Origin: Euglena gracilis
Taxonomy: Eukaryota
DNA: 64,000 nucleotides
Assembly (NCBI GenBank): GCA_039621445.1
Contig: CP154954.1
Span: 33,643,455 to 33,707,454, forward strand
Reading direction: 5' to 3'
Positions 50,501 to 62,150 of this stretch are shown here, in pieces; positions within the stretch are counted from its first letter, which is position 1; every line of letters begins with the position of its first letter. The notes under the pieces are model-generated. The model was not told the origin of the DNA. It saw only the letters and a list, made by a program, of their open reading frames with translations, and did no database searches. The translations under genes and the position numbers were made by a program.

Positions 50501-52075
50501 CTGCACTCCCACACCTGTGTGCATGGGGTTGTGGTGTGTGCTTGGGTGTGGTTGGGGTGTTCGGTGCCGTCCGTGGCATGTTTGCAGAACACAACGGTTC
50601 AAGCACTCCTCTGTCAACCTTCCATGCTTGAGGGGGAGACAACTCCAAATGAAAATGTTCTGGAGCTTGGCTTTGGGTGGGTAAAGCTGGTGCGAATTTG
50701 TTTGCCAGGAAAAAACACGTAAACCCCCCCCTAATAGTGCTGCGGGGCCAATAGAGCTGCGGGTCCAAATAGTGCTGCACCCCCTGCCGGATGAAGCGAG
50801 CGTCCAATAGTGCTGCACCCCCCCCAAATCACAGCAATGTGAAATGCGTAGAAGCTGGTGCAGCCTACTGCAGGCACCTTTTTTAATCCGCAGAGAGGGG
50901 AAAGGGGGCAAATTCCCACCCAAGCAACTCACAAAAGTCGTCCGAAGATGAACCACACGACCTCACTAGCCTCAGAGAAGGACATTGAGTAGACAAAAAG
51001 GGTGCCTGTGGTGATAGGCCGGGACTAAGAGGCACCCAATCCAATAGTGCTGCGGGTCCAAATAGTGCTGCACCCCCCCCCGCCGGAGGCGGCCGTCCAA
51101 TAGAGCTGCGGGTGCAATACTATTTTGGGGGGGTTTAATCGCTCCCAGAGATGTGAACAAATGTTCAACGGGTTCAGGCTCCTTCTTTTGTTCTTGACGT
51201 GTGTGTGTGTGTGTGTGCGCGCGCGTGCACCTAATTAAGTTTGTTTAGGTGCCAGGGGATTCTGAATGTATGGATGTACGACAGGATGGCGCACAGAAAC
51301 CTGCGGTATGAAAGAAATCTAACGTGTTCGACACAAAAACAAAAAGCTTCGATGATTACTGAGTTCCAGGTGCTGGTACCGACCAATGCCCTCCTGCAAA
51401 TAAAACCCCTTTCCCTTTGTACTGTATGAACTACCTATGCTCTGGGGGTTATTCCGTTTGTCTCTTGTCCTCGCGCCATTATCGACCACTTTTGATTGAG
51501 TATGGCGAAATATTGCAGGCAACCAGGCGGCCATTTCAAGAGGCTTGGGGGACTAACAGGCCACCATTCTGGGATTCCCATGATGAACTCCATGCGGCTG
51601 CAAATTCAGCGCCCAGAGATGAACCAGCCATGCGGCCACCGTCAAACGGGGGGCTGATAAAGAGTTTTGGAGGGGTTCGTGATGGCCCGAAATGACTGCG
51701 CCACGGTGCCCCTCGGGGAGAGAGGCGCGCCACACCGCTGGGCGAGGTGGAAGATGATGCGGGGCGCCGTCAGCTCCGCGGGGCCCGACTGCAGCCGCCG
51801 CGCCGTCTCCGCGATGCGGCCCACGGCGGTGGCGCCGTCCCGTGCCGCGTCCTCGAAATGGACCTTCACCGTCTGGATGATGGCCTGCTCCCCGCCAGGC
51901 CGGGCCTTTCCCTCTGGGGGTAGAGGGTAAAGGGGGAGGAGCAGCGCTGTCTCCAAAAAGGGCGGGCCTGCCCCCAGTCGGAGACCTTCCGGGTTGGGGG
52001 CGGCCCCGGGCCAGGCTTGGGCTCGCACGTCTCCGACAGGGACGCCGCAGGCGCACGGAATGCCACTCACGCAGG

Positions 52076-52113
<38 letters not shown>

Positions 52114-53149
52114 GGCATACACCCACCCACCCATGCCCGGGCCTGATCCTGACGGCTGGCAGTGGATAGAAATAGCCCAGTTGCAGCTGCTCCACTCCTT
52201 CGGCGGCTCTAATGCCATCAGCCTCTCCAACCCTCCCCCCTCGCCGCACCGCCCACCCCGACCTCTCCGGAGTCCCTGGGGGCGATCCGGCTGAGGAGGG
52301 ATGGGCCAGTGGCTGGGCTCGGGGACAAGGCCACGGCGGGCGTGGCGCCGGGGTGGCCTCAGGCTTTGGAATTTGGGGACCGAGGCGGCGCGGGGCCGGG
52401 GGAATGCCCCTGCAGCCCGCCGCGGCGGACAGCAGACCGCGAGGGTGGAAGCACAACACAAAAACCGGGCATATATGAAGCCGACCCATCGGCCCAACGA
52501 AGCCTGGCCGGGAAGGGGAGGGGAAGATGAAGTGGGGCGGGAAGCCACGCGGCAGGGATGGTTCTCTTGCTGTGACAGTGGCTTTTGTTTGCCGTTGGGT
52601 CACACAATCCGGACAAAAATGACGGGAAACAAAAATGACGCGAAACCACCCATTTCTCCCACCGTTTTTTCCCATACCCTCCCAACGTTGTTTGGGAGGA
52701 GCTGACTAATCAAATTTCACACACAAAAAGATGGGGTGTGACAGATGCTCAATTTTGGAGTCTGTTTAGGCATGCAAAATTACAAGCAAGACACCCAGAG
52801 GACTATTATGACCATTTCTTTTGGAATCTCGAGTTGCCTTTTGCTGAAAAAAATCATCACAAATGATAAAAAAACCAGCACTTTTGGTGAAAATTCGAAT
52901 TTTTCTAACAATGAATTTTCCGGATCCAAACTGTTTCAAATCTGATCAGCTCACCCAATTTCCTGGTTGTCCAGGACATCCCCGTACAGCTGAGATCAAC
53001 CCCTGATCCACCCCAAAGGAAACAACGGGGGTTTCACCCACCCGCAGGGCGGACGCCGTCAACCATCGCTGGGTGTCAGACACATTCGCCCGGGGCGGGT
53101 CAGCCCCGGGGGTCGCTGGGGACGCTTCGGGGAACAGTTTGCCGAGGTC
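29540..53149 (-). CDS. large multi-exon host gene, Ala/Leu/Pro-rich and probably alpha-helical, function unrecognised; 5' end not located, 3' exons uncertain
   Basis: GC-rich exons that join in frame within runs: 53149-53042, 52409-52263, 52208-52155, 52066-51974, 51890-~51737; ~50471-50337, 48205-48100, 47712-47584; ~40998-40929, 38691-38590, 38083-38001, 37571-37452, 37017-36795, 36401-36320, 35586-. Additional likely exons with unresolved joins at ~45880-45800, ~45620-45475, ~44800-44670, ~41850-41760, ~41215-41090, 34.1, 33.7, 31.1 and 29.6 kb. Confidence 0.7.
32613..33086. mobile_element. TIR element (GGCAGC ends)
   Basis: GGCAGCAAGAGTCTACTTGCCCC / GGGGCAAGTAGAATCTTGCTGCC. Confidence 0.7.
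38135..38531. repeat. CA-rich minisatellite (ACACACAGCACACATAT-like) inside a non-conventional intron
   Basis: Directly visible. Confidence 0.9.
45110..45325. repeat. (TACA)n microsatellite
   Basis: Directly visible. Confidence 0.95.
46653..46906. mobile_element. MITE with 22-bp TIR and 8-bp TSD
   Basis: GGCAGCCATTGACTTAACGACC / GGTCGTTAAATCAATGGCTGCC; TSD TTAGAAAC. Confidence 0.85.
48949..49317. mobile_element. TIR element of the CCAGTCAGTCAC subterminal family
   Basis: GGTCCGGACCATACCATTGCTTA / TTAAGCAATGGTATGGTCCGGACC; relatives at ~22840-23178, ~37620 and ~41270. Confidence 0.6.
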
Positions 53150-54552
53150 CTGCGGGGACAGGGGGCAGGGGGCAGGAGAGGGACAACCCCCCCCCACGCC
53201 ACTCATCACTACAATTGTGAAAAACTCTTGAGCTCTGATGCGATTCCCGTCGATCTGTTGGTGCACCGTGACAGCCGAAAACACAAAAAACGGGCTGAAT
53301 CTCACTTTTTGCGACGAGAAATGAAGCAAACAATTTTCCTTCGCTTGCGCAAAGAAACTCTAAAACTTAAATGCGAATTATGCTGCCTGAGTGTACCTTT
53401 CTTCTTAGACGGCCGGGAATGCACTTTTCTTGTTGAGTCACAAAATTTAGGCAGTTTTAGTGAAAATGCGCATCCGCGCATTTTGGACGCGGAGTGCGCA
53501 GGTGCGCATTCTGAACGTGTCGCGTGCGCTTTGAAACCAGCATCCAAATCGCGTAACGGGAGCGCTCTAATATTTTGACGCGTGCCGAATGCTTGTTTTC
53601 TTTTTTTTCACAGTGTGCTCTGTATCGCATTTGGCTACGAAGAAGATTGTGAGGTGACTGCCCCCTGACGTCAGCTACACCCCCACACCCCGCCGAGGCA
53701 GCAATATTGCGGGATGTTGGAGATCCGAATTGGGGTGATCTGGATGGAAAGGGGTGGTGATGTGTGGGGTCGGGGCCACCATGCTGCGGTGGGTCACCTG
53801 TTTCCAGTTGGAAGGTTCTAATTGGTCCGGTGCGTGTGAGAGCAGGAGGGGATGCGACCTGGGTGGACGTGTGGGTGTTTGACCGTGTGGCAGACCCGGG
53901 TGGTCTGAATGCGCAGACGCGCATTCAGACCAATGGTGTGAAGAATGCGCACCTGCGCATTGAGGATGTCCGGATGAATTTTGTCCCCCCCTCCTTTCAG
54001 GGCTGGTGCACGGGTGCCGGTGTGTTGGTGATGGTGGTGGTTACCACCCCCCTCCCCCCGAGGCGCGAAGGACTGCTTTCCAGTCGGGCTCGTGGTTTGC
54101 AGGCCCAGTGTTGGTACGGGGTGTGCTACATGCTTACCTGGCGGTTGTGTTCCGACTGTCTTTTCCTGTTGAGTGTGGTTTTGAACTGTGAGTCAGCCAC
54201 CCCCGCAGCTGACGAATGGAGCGGCCACGCACGACACTGGATCCACTGTTGTCACACGCCAACACCTGGCTTGGCGTGCCGTAGCTGAGTGTGAACGTTG
54301 TTTTCTGCAGCTGGCCATCACACCCACAGGCTGCAGTCATTCGATCACAACCGAGACGACCTCAGACCGGCTGTCAGACCGTTACACCTTGTACTGCAGA
54401 ATGCGCATGTGCGCATTGTGTCGTACAATGTACATTACGTCTCCCTCAGTCGTATGTTACCACCAGATCGTACGATGAATGCGCACATGCGCATTGTTGA
54501 GACGTTACGTGGTAGTGTCCTTTGACCGGTTTGTACCCCTTCTTACGGATGT

Positions 54553-57060
54553 TTGTTTGTCCTTGGCTGCTGTCTCGGCGGCTCCCGCCAGTCGGCAGTC
54601 CCTACACCCACCTCAACCTCCCCATGCCCCGCCAACCCCAGACACTGTAACGGGCCAGGCACGCGCACACCCCCGCCGCCCGCGCCTGCGCCACCGCGCA
54701 AGATCATTGGCCGGCTGGTGCGGGACACCTTCGTCGCCACGTACGCCGACTTCGTCACGGCCGTGGTGGACCCGCCCCACCCCCTGTACGAGCTGGTGGT
54801 CCTGGTGGCCCACACCCGGGTCCCGTTCCGCCGCTCCCCGGACAGCGACCACCTCCTGGCCGAGCTGACCCGCCGCCCCCGCCGACAGCGCACGGAGATG
54901 CTGCTGCGGGACGCCTGGGCCTCGTACCGGGCCCACCGCCAGCACGCCTGCCCGCGTGCCCCGCAGCCCCGCGTCGCCGCCGAGGACGTCCCCCTGCCCG
55001 CCACCCGCGCCCTGGGCCGCTTCCTCCGCCCCAGCGGGGTCCACCCAGCCGCCCTGCTGCACTCCGCCGCCGACCGCGCCCGGCTGGCCCTGGCGCGGCA
55101 GGCCGAGCTGTGGCGCGACCTGGCCGGGAACCCCGCGGTGCTGTGGTTCGACAACTACTACAAGCGGCGGTACCGCAACACCCCGCGCCAGATGGAGGCC
55201 CACCTGAACGTGGTGGTGGTGGCGGTGCTGCCGCTCGTGGACCCCGTGCCCCCGTTCCCCGGCCACTACTCCCTGGAGCAGCTGTGGCAGCGGCACCTGC
55301 TGGTCGGTACCGAGCTGGCGGAGTACGGCGGCGGACGGCTGCGGGAACGCATCCGGGCGGTGGCCGACTGGGACCTGCCGGCGACGGACTTCCGGGTGCC
55401 CCTGGACGTGAGCCGGCCCCGGGTGGAGGCCCTGCCGTGGCGTCCGTTCCTCATGGGCGACCACGCCGTGTCGGCCCAGGTCGGCCTGCTGGAGGTGCTG
55501 CGCTACCTGCAAGGCTCGGTCGCCGACCACCTCGCCACCCCGGTGCCGGTCCTCGTGGACGAGAACATCTGGTACCGGGTGGCGAGGCTGCTGTACGGCC
55601 GGGAGCTGCAGCGGTGGGACGTGTCGGCTGCCCTGACGCCCCTCCCCATGCTGTACGCGGTGTGGCACCCCTACAAACAGCTGGTGCACACCATATACCG
55701 GCGGTTCCTGCCCCTCTTCCTCTACGTGCAGAGCGGCACCCTGGCCCGAAGCGGTACGGGCAGCTTCCACCGGCCCAACCTACAGACCCTGGAGCGGTGG
55801 CTGGGGGCCCTCCTGCTGGTGCCACGGGACACCCGATTGCGCATCTGCGCATTCCGGGACCGTCTGGTGCGTCGCATGACCGTGGTGGAGCGCGAGGCGG
55901 CGCAGCGGGCGACGACCGTGGCGGAGCGACGGGCCCAGCTGGAGGCGGCCGAGGCCCACGTCCGGCAGCAGCTGGTGCGGGTGTGCGCCGGGCAGGCCCC
56001 CTGGTCCCGGGCCGAGCGCGCGATCGCCGGTGTGGAGGAAGCGGAGGCGGCGCTGCAGCGGGCCGAGTCTGCACTGCGGGATGCCAACCAGGTCGTGCGG
56101 ATCCTGCGGGCGGACAGCACCATCCTGGCGGCGCTGGCGGATCTCCTGGGGGAGTGGGCTCCGGCGTGTCTGGTCCTGGGGGAGATGGTGCGCACCTGCC
56201 ACTGGGAGCTGCGACAGTCTGGCACCGGTGGACACGCCCTCGAGGTGCTGCATGGCAGCCTCGCCCTGCTGCTGCGTCTGGAGGCCCCCGGCGAGCGCCG
56301 GACGGAGTACATCCGGACCGTGGGTGTGGCCATGCTGTGCTGGATGCCGTGGCACGCGGCCCTGCCCGCGGCCTGCTTCAGCGAGGCGGCGCTGTCCCGG
56401 CTCGGGCAGGAGAACGAGCGGCACCCCCTGGCGGTGAGCACGGATCAGGTGGGGGACCTGTACGCGCTGCTGGAGACCGGTCGGCCCGGTGTCAGGGCGC
56501 TGCGGGGTGGCAACGTGGGGCAGCGGTGGGTGGACACGGTGCGCGGACACGTGGAGGACCTTCTGGAACGGTGCGGTGCGGAGCAGCGGCTGCCCGTGGT
56601 GCCCGGACCGGGGGTGGCGATTGAGTCCGTGTCCGACGTGGTCCGCTATGTGGCCCGGCTGACGGAGCGGGAGTACTCCGTGGGCGAGCCCTGGCCCGCG
56701 GACTGGAGCCACCCCGCCAGCCTGCTGTCCGTGGACCTCACCCCGGAGGACGCGACGGCCACGATGCGGTACGCCTTCCTCGCCCTGGTCGGGGACAACC
56801 TGCCCAACGAGGACGTGCAGCGGGAGCTAGATGGCCTGTGCGCTCGGCGGAGCGAGGAGGAGGTCGTCCAGTACCTCCGGGCGTGGGACGGCGTGGCCGG
56901 GCGCGTCCGACCGGAGGCGAAGCCCAAGGCCCAACCAAAGGGCAAGCCGAAGGCGAAGACCCAGCCAGTCGCCGTCCCCCCGGTGCAACCAGCTGTTCCG
57001 AACTGGCGGGGCATATGGAAGAGGATCGTTTGTCAGTCAATACCAAAGGAATGTGAATGA
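54553..57060 (+). CDS. putative DDE (RNase H-fold) transposase, Academ-like; main exon
   Basis: Ordered motifs VLWFDN (D 55150), PVLVDENIWY (D 55558), LYAVWH (H 55666), a helical/coiled-coil insert, TEYIR, and FSEAALSRL (E 56383). Probable small upstream exons at ~54001-54113 and ~54208-54390, and a decayed downstream exon at ~57393-57850. Confidence 0.65.
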   Translation: MFVLGCCLGGSRQSAVPTPTSTSPCPANPRHCNGPGTRTPPPPAPAPPRKIIGRLVRDTFVATYADFVTAVVDPPHPLYELVVLVAHTRVPFRRSPDSDHLLAELTRRPRRQRTEMLLRDAWASYRAHRQHACPRAPQPRVAAEDVPLPATRALGRFLRPSGVHPAALLHSAADRARLALARQAELWRDLAGNPAVLWFDNYYKRRYRNTPRQMEAHLNVVVVAVLPLVDPVPPFPGHYSLEQLWQRHLLVGTELAEYGGGRLRERIRAVADWDLPATDFRVPLDVSRPRVEALPWRPFLMGDHAVSAQVGLLEVLRYLQGSVADHLATPVPVLVDENIWYRVARLLYGRELQRWDVSAALTPLPMLYAVWHPYKQLVHTIYRRFLPLFLYVQSGTLARSGTGSFHRPNLQTLERWLGALLLVPRDTRLRICAFRDRLVRRMTVVEREAAQRATTVAERRAQLEAAEAHVRQQLVRVCAGQAPWSRAERAIAGVEEAEAALQRAESALRDANQVVRILRADSTILAALADLLGEWAPACLVLGEMVRTCHWELRQSGTGGHALEVLHGSLALLLRLEAPGERRTEYIRTVGVAMLCWMPWHAALPAACFSEAALSRLGQENERHPLAVSTDQVGDLYALLETGRPGVRALRGGNVGQRWVDTVRGHVEDLLERCGAEQRLPVVPGPGVAIESVSDVVRYVARLTEREYSVGEPWPADWSHPASLLSVDLTPEDATATMRYAFLALVGDNLPNEDVQRELDGLCARRSEEEVVQYLRAWDGVAGRVRPEAKPKAQPKGKPKAKTQPVAVPPVQPAVPNWRGIWKRIVCQSIPKECE

Positions 57061-58322
57061 ACGGTGTGAATGCGCATGTGCGCAATCAGTGCTGAATGCG
57101 CATGTGCGCAATCACTGCTGAATGCGCACATGCGCATTCAGCAGTGATTGTACTAGATGTTCTGAATTGTGTTGGTTTTGTCGACTCACTCGTGGTACTA
57201 AGTGGACAGTGCAGCCGCTGTGTCATGGGTTATTCCACTGGCTACTCGGTGTATGTCATGACGGCTTCTGCCAACCAGTCGCCTTCTTGCCTTGACCGAG
57301 AGGTCATTACAACAGAATGCGCATGTGCGCAAACTAATTATATACGACAGACTTATCCGAAATCACTTGTAATGCGCGGATGCGCATTACAAGTGATTTC
57401 GATCGTTGGGAGTACACAGACCCACTGAACGACCCGGTGCGGTGTGTGACCACGTTTTCTTTTTCGCGAATTGACTTGGCAAATGCCCCGCCAGCACCCA
57501 CCCGCCATCGTCCTTCCGCACGGCGCAGCCCCTGTTCGGCGGTCCGTGTTCGAGCAACCCGCTCCCCCCGCGCTGCAGGCGGCGGGCCAGCCCGTCCCGG
57601 CGGCTCCGCGGTGGTGCGTCCCGGGCGTCCCCCACCTCCGTGGCGTCGGCCCAGAGGCCCGGGCCGGTCTCAGCGCCCCCCACCTGGCGGGCCGCATCCC
57701 CGATCCCGTGCCGCCCGCCACGGGCCCCGACGTGTACCTCCCAGCCAACCCCGACGAGGACGTCGCCTGAGCTGGGGCCCCGTACCGAGCGGGGCACCCC
57801 ACCACCCGGGACACGGAGGCGCTGCACTCATCCGACGTTCTGGAACGATTGGGAGGCCTGGGGGGGTGCCCCCAAGTGTGCCGAACACCGGGGCGGAAGC
57901 CCCGGGTCTTGCGGAGCCTCGTTTCGGGCAGCTGGGCACAAATTTTTCAGCCAAAAAAACTCCGCGTACAGTACGCGATTCTGCGCGACTGGCATTGCAC
58001 ACGTCAGAGGGTGTAATTTTGTTCAGTGATTTTCGACAAAAACAAAACCTCAGGACTTTTCAAAATTGTGCATCCGAAATATTTCTACTTCCCCTGACCT
58101 GTTCCGAAAATCGGCACCGCAGCAGGCGCCGCCGCTGTCGAAATCGCCTTTTCTGGCCCTTTCAGAGGCATGCTTAAAAAAAAAATCATTTTGGATGGTT
58201 TTTTCCTCGGGAGGGCTGGGGGATGCATCAATTCAAATAAATGAACTGAGGGCTATAGGGGTTGCCGCCCCGTACACAGAGAGTGATGTACCATTTCTCG
58301 ACCGCAGGGCACCGGCACCCCC

Positions 58323-61300
58323 ATGTCCCGCCCCCCATCGCCAGCCCCCTCAGCCCCCGACGTGCCGGAGCCCCTCGAGGCACCCCCCACCCAAGGCCCG
58401 GCAGAGGGGGAGGGGGAGGAAGCGGAGGAGGAGAGGCGGAGGAAGAAGAAGAAGCGCGTGGTGGAGGCCATCGCGAGCTGGGCGGGCGGGAGGCCGGAAG
58501 ACTGGCTGCTGCCGGGAGAGCAGCGCATCGAGCTCACCAAGGTGCGCTTCGACCTGGCCTGCAGAGAGGGGCAGGTGCGGTCCTTGGTGGCGGAGGACGT
58601 GGACCGCGTCTACGAGGCGATGCGCACCAACCCCCCCCCCCACCGTGCAGAGAGTCGTGGTGTGGGCGGCGGACACCATCGGTGTGTTTGCGCACGTGCG
58701 CATTGTTTTGGTTGTGAGTTGCTTTGCATAGTAAATTTATGGATGGATATGCATTGAGTGAAATGAGGAATGCGCACCCGCGCAAACATGCACTGGTTTT
58801 GGTATCCATACCTGGCTTGCAGTTTCTTTCCACCCCCCTGCCTGCCTCGTGCGTCTCGTCACAGACCGGGAGTACGTGGTGGTCGGCGGGCAGCACATGA
58901 CGGCGGCACTGAAGAAGATGGCGGAGGACTTCCTGAAGGAGCGGCGGGAGGTGCCGGAGCAGTACCGGTGGGTGCTGGCGAGGGTGCTGAAGCACGGCAC
59001 CCCGGTGGCGATGCGGCAGCTGGCCGGCGGCGACAACCAGGCGCAGCAGATGCAGGTCCACGGCCTCCCCCTCAGCAGCTTCGCGGCGCTGCTGCTGGGC
59101 GACGACGTGCGGGCGGAGGCCAACCCGAAGGTGAGGCTGGCGGTGGCGCTGCAGAAGGCGGGGTACGACCGGACGCAGAAGACGGTGTGCTTTGTGCTCT
59201 ATGGGGGTAATGGATGATGATGCAATGTGGGTGGTCAGAGTACGGGAGATGGAATGCAACAGCCTGTGTGTGGCATCACATGATTGCGCACATGCGCATT
59301 CTTCTCACATAAGAGAAGAATGCGCATGTGCGCATTTGGCCCTTTCTTTGGAATGACCATAAACCTGCCTCCCGCCTCTCACACTCAGGACATGGCCACC
59401 AAGGCGTACCGCCCCCTCCAGCGCTGGGTGGAGCAGCTGGGGCAGCAGGCCATCGAGGCGCTGCGGAAGCTGGAGGCGACGAAGAAGGGCCTGACGGTGT
59501 CGGCGCTGCGGTCGCTGCGGATGCTGATGACGCCGGAGGCGCGGGCGGCGGTGGTGCCGGCGCTGCTGGGGGAGAGGCCCAAGCTGCAGGACTTCGAGAA
59601 GGCGGTGAGCGACGCCTGCCTGGAGATGTGGGTCAACTTCCACTGGACGGAGGCCAACCGCTTCATCCACCCGGACGTTGGTGTGCTTCTGTCACCCACC
59701 CACGTTTGCATTTTGTCCCATCTAATGTTATGGATGCATCTTGCTCTGGACATTGATTGCTCTGTGTGGGGTGTACTGCATGTTATGGTTCGATTGCGCA
59801 CCTGCGCATTCTCCCCACCACTCCCGTTCCCTGCCCCTCGCAGTGGAGGACAGGGCTGCCAGATGGAGATTCAAGGAGGCCGTCGCACTCCGCTATCTGG
59901 TCGTGCGGCTCGGGCGCTGGGAGTGGCGGGAGGACGCGACGTGCCCGCCCTTCACGGCGCTGGCCACCGCCGAGGTCTGGACGTCGGTGAAGTTCGAGGC
60001 GCTGCGGGAGAGCCTGGCCGCCCCGCGCCCGAGACCGAAGGTGGTGGTGACGGAGGACCCGGCGCACCTGGCCTGCGTGGACTACGCGCGGGAGGTCCAG
60101 GGGCAGCAGAAGACCCTGGCGAGAGTGTTTTGTTACTCGGCGGCGTCGGAGGCGGGGGTGCCGATGCAGGCGGAGCAGGCTAGGGTGCGGATGGTGGTGG
60201 TGCAGGCGGAGAGGGGGGTGGCGATCGCGCCGCAAATGTACGTCGTGGCGGACGACGTCCCCGTGGTGGTGTTCGGGCCGCCGGCGCTGGCGCTGGCCAC
60301 GGTGGAGCACATCCACCGGCGGGTGGCCACCAAGCACCGGCTGGATGTGGACTGCTGGGTGAGGACCGAGGTGGTGGAGTTCGGGGCGCAGCGCCACCGG
60401 CCGGTGAAGTTCTCCCTCCACATTCTCCTGCACGACACGGAGCTGGACAGGCTCAAGGTATGTGTCTGCGACCCCGTCCCTGAACCTCTGAGTCAATGCC
60501 ATTACATAAACGCCGTGAGTCGGGATGCATAATCCGCCTGGAGAGTGCTTGGATGGATCCCTGGCCGTGAATGCGCACCTGCGCAATCCTCCCTTCATTG
60601 GGATGATTGCGCATGTGCGCATTCTTATTTGCGTTTGAAAATTGTTGCATCCCATATCCTTGTTGGCATTCCATATGATGTTCGAATGCGCACCTGCACA
60701 ATACCTACCCCCTTTGCTACCCCTGCTCAGGTCCCTCCCGTCATCTTCTGGGACCGCGAGTCCAACGGCTCGCCCGACGCACTGCACTGGGCCGTGGTGG
60801 ACTACCTGTGGCGCCGCGCTGTCCGGCGCCCGGTGGAGGTGGACAGCTTCCTCCTCCTCCAGCTCCCCTCGGCGGTGCGGGTGGGCCACCTCCTCAACTG
60901 GACGCCCGACCCCCCGCACATGGTAGCGGTCCTGACGGGGAAGGAGAAAGTGCAGCCGGTGGAGTACACCGAGCACATCCGGCACGCGGTGCAGGAGGCC
61001 TGCCCGGTGGACAACACCGGGCTGTGGAAGCAGCTGCAGGACGCCGTGGAGAAGTCCGAGCCGCTGTGGACGGTGGTGGAGTCCGAGGTGCTGAAGCAGC
61101 TGCTGGAGGTGAAGGCGACGGAGGCCCAGGCCCGGAAGGAGGCCGTCCAGTGGCGGTCGGAAAAGAAGAAGGAGCGGGCGGCCAAGCGGGCCCCACAGTG
61201 AGGGAAGGCCAAGGCCAAGCCCAAGGCCTGACCCAAGCCCAGCACCTCCCAGGGGGTGCCTGAGTCCCTGCTGCGCACGGCCCGGATCTACGAGCGGCGG

Positions 61301-62150
61301 ATCCGGAGGAACATCGCCAGGGAGGAGGGGCGGCCCCCACCGGTGTTCACGTCGGATGAGGAGGAGGAGGATGAAGAGGAGGAGGAGGGCCAGGTGGCCA
61401 GTGGATGGTCGTCGCCGCTGTCGTCGCACCCCAGCTACGCAGAGGGGGAGGAGGCCGAGGCGGAGGCGGAGCCCGAGGCCCCGGAAGGCCCAGAGGAAGC
61501 CTCTGCACAGGTGGTGGAGGGTGAGGGTGGCGAGGAGGGGGAGGGGGAGCAGGGGGCCGCCCAGGCTGCGGTGGAGCCAGAGACCGTGGTGGAGTTCGAG
61601 GAGGAGGAAGGGGGCAGGGGGAGGGAAGAGCGGCGAAGGCAGCCCGTGGTCCCGGTGCCCCCAGTGGAGGAGGTGGAGGCCCCAGAGCCCACTCCCCCCC
61701 CCGCCCCGCCCCGTCCCCAAGAAGCCCAGCGGCCCCCCACCCCTCGGCATGATCCGGCGCCCCGGTAGGCAAGACTGTCCCCCCGCCCCGGAGGCCCTCA
61801 CCCCCAAGAAAGAAGAAGCGTGGTACGCAGGAGGAGGAGCCGGAGGCGACGCCACCCCGCAAGCGGAGGACCTCCCTGCTCTCCAGCCCCAGCCCAAGCC
61901 CCAGCCGCCCCGAGGACCCGCCGGGCGGCAACGTCCCCAGCAGCAGCGCCCGCGCCTCCTACTCCTCCAGCCAGCCCCCCTCCCCCAGCCCGCAGCCCCC
62001 GGCCGGTGCCCGATCCCAAGCCCAGTCCCCAGCCCGCGGCCCCCAGCAGCAGCAGTCCCCCACAGCGCGGTCCACCCTGCAGGAGCGGACGACCAAGTTC
62101 ACCCTGCTGCCCTTCCCGCCGCCGCGGAAGGAGAAGTGAGACCACAGGGG
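58323..62150 (+). pseudogene. spliced gene with an N-terminal NLS-like tract and ParB/Srx-like domain and an acidic/Pro-rich tail; this copy is lesioned
   Basis: GT-AG introns 58682-58864, 59185-59388, 59681-59843 and 60458-60730 join in frame. Motifs GQVRSL...TNPP...VVVW...EYVVVGGQHMTAAL. One extra C in the C-run 58631-58641; in-frame TGA at 61199 and 61229; TAG at 61766. Confidence 0.7.

Noticed and set aside
52359-61231. Genome-wide UGA reassignment
   Set aside because: Trp is encoded by TGG throughout and TGA terminates the 1274-aa ORF; CGA>TGA decay is simpler.
54613-61897. Long minus-strand and alternate-frame ORFs (385, 504, 310 and 704 aa)
   Set aside because: Shadows of high-GC3 plus-strand coding sequence with no recognisable motifs.
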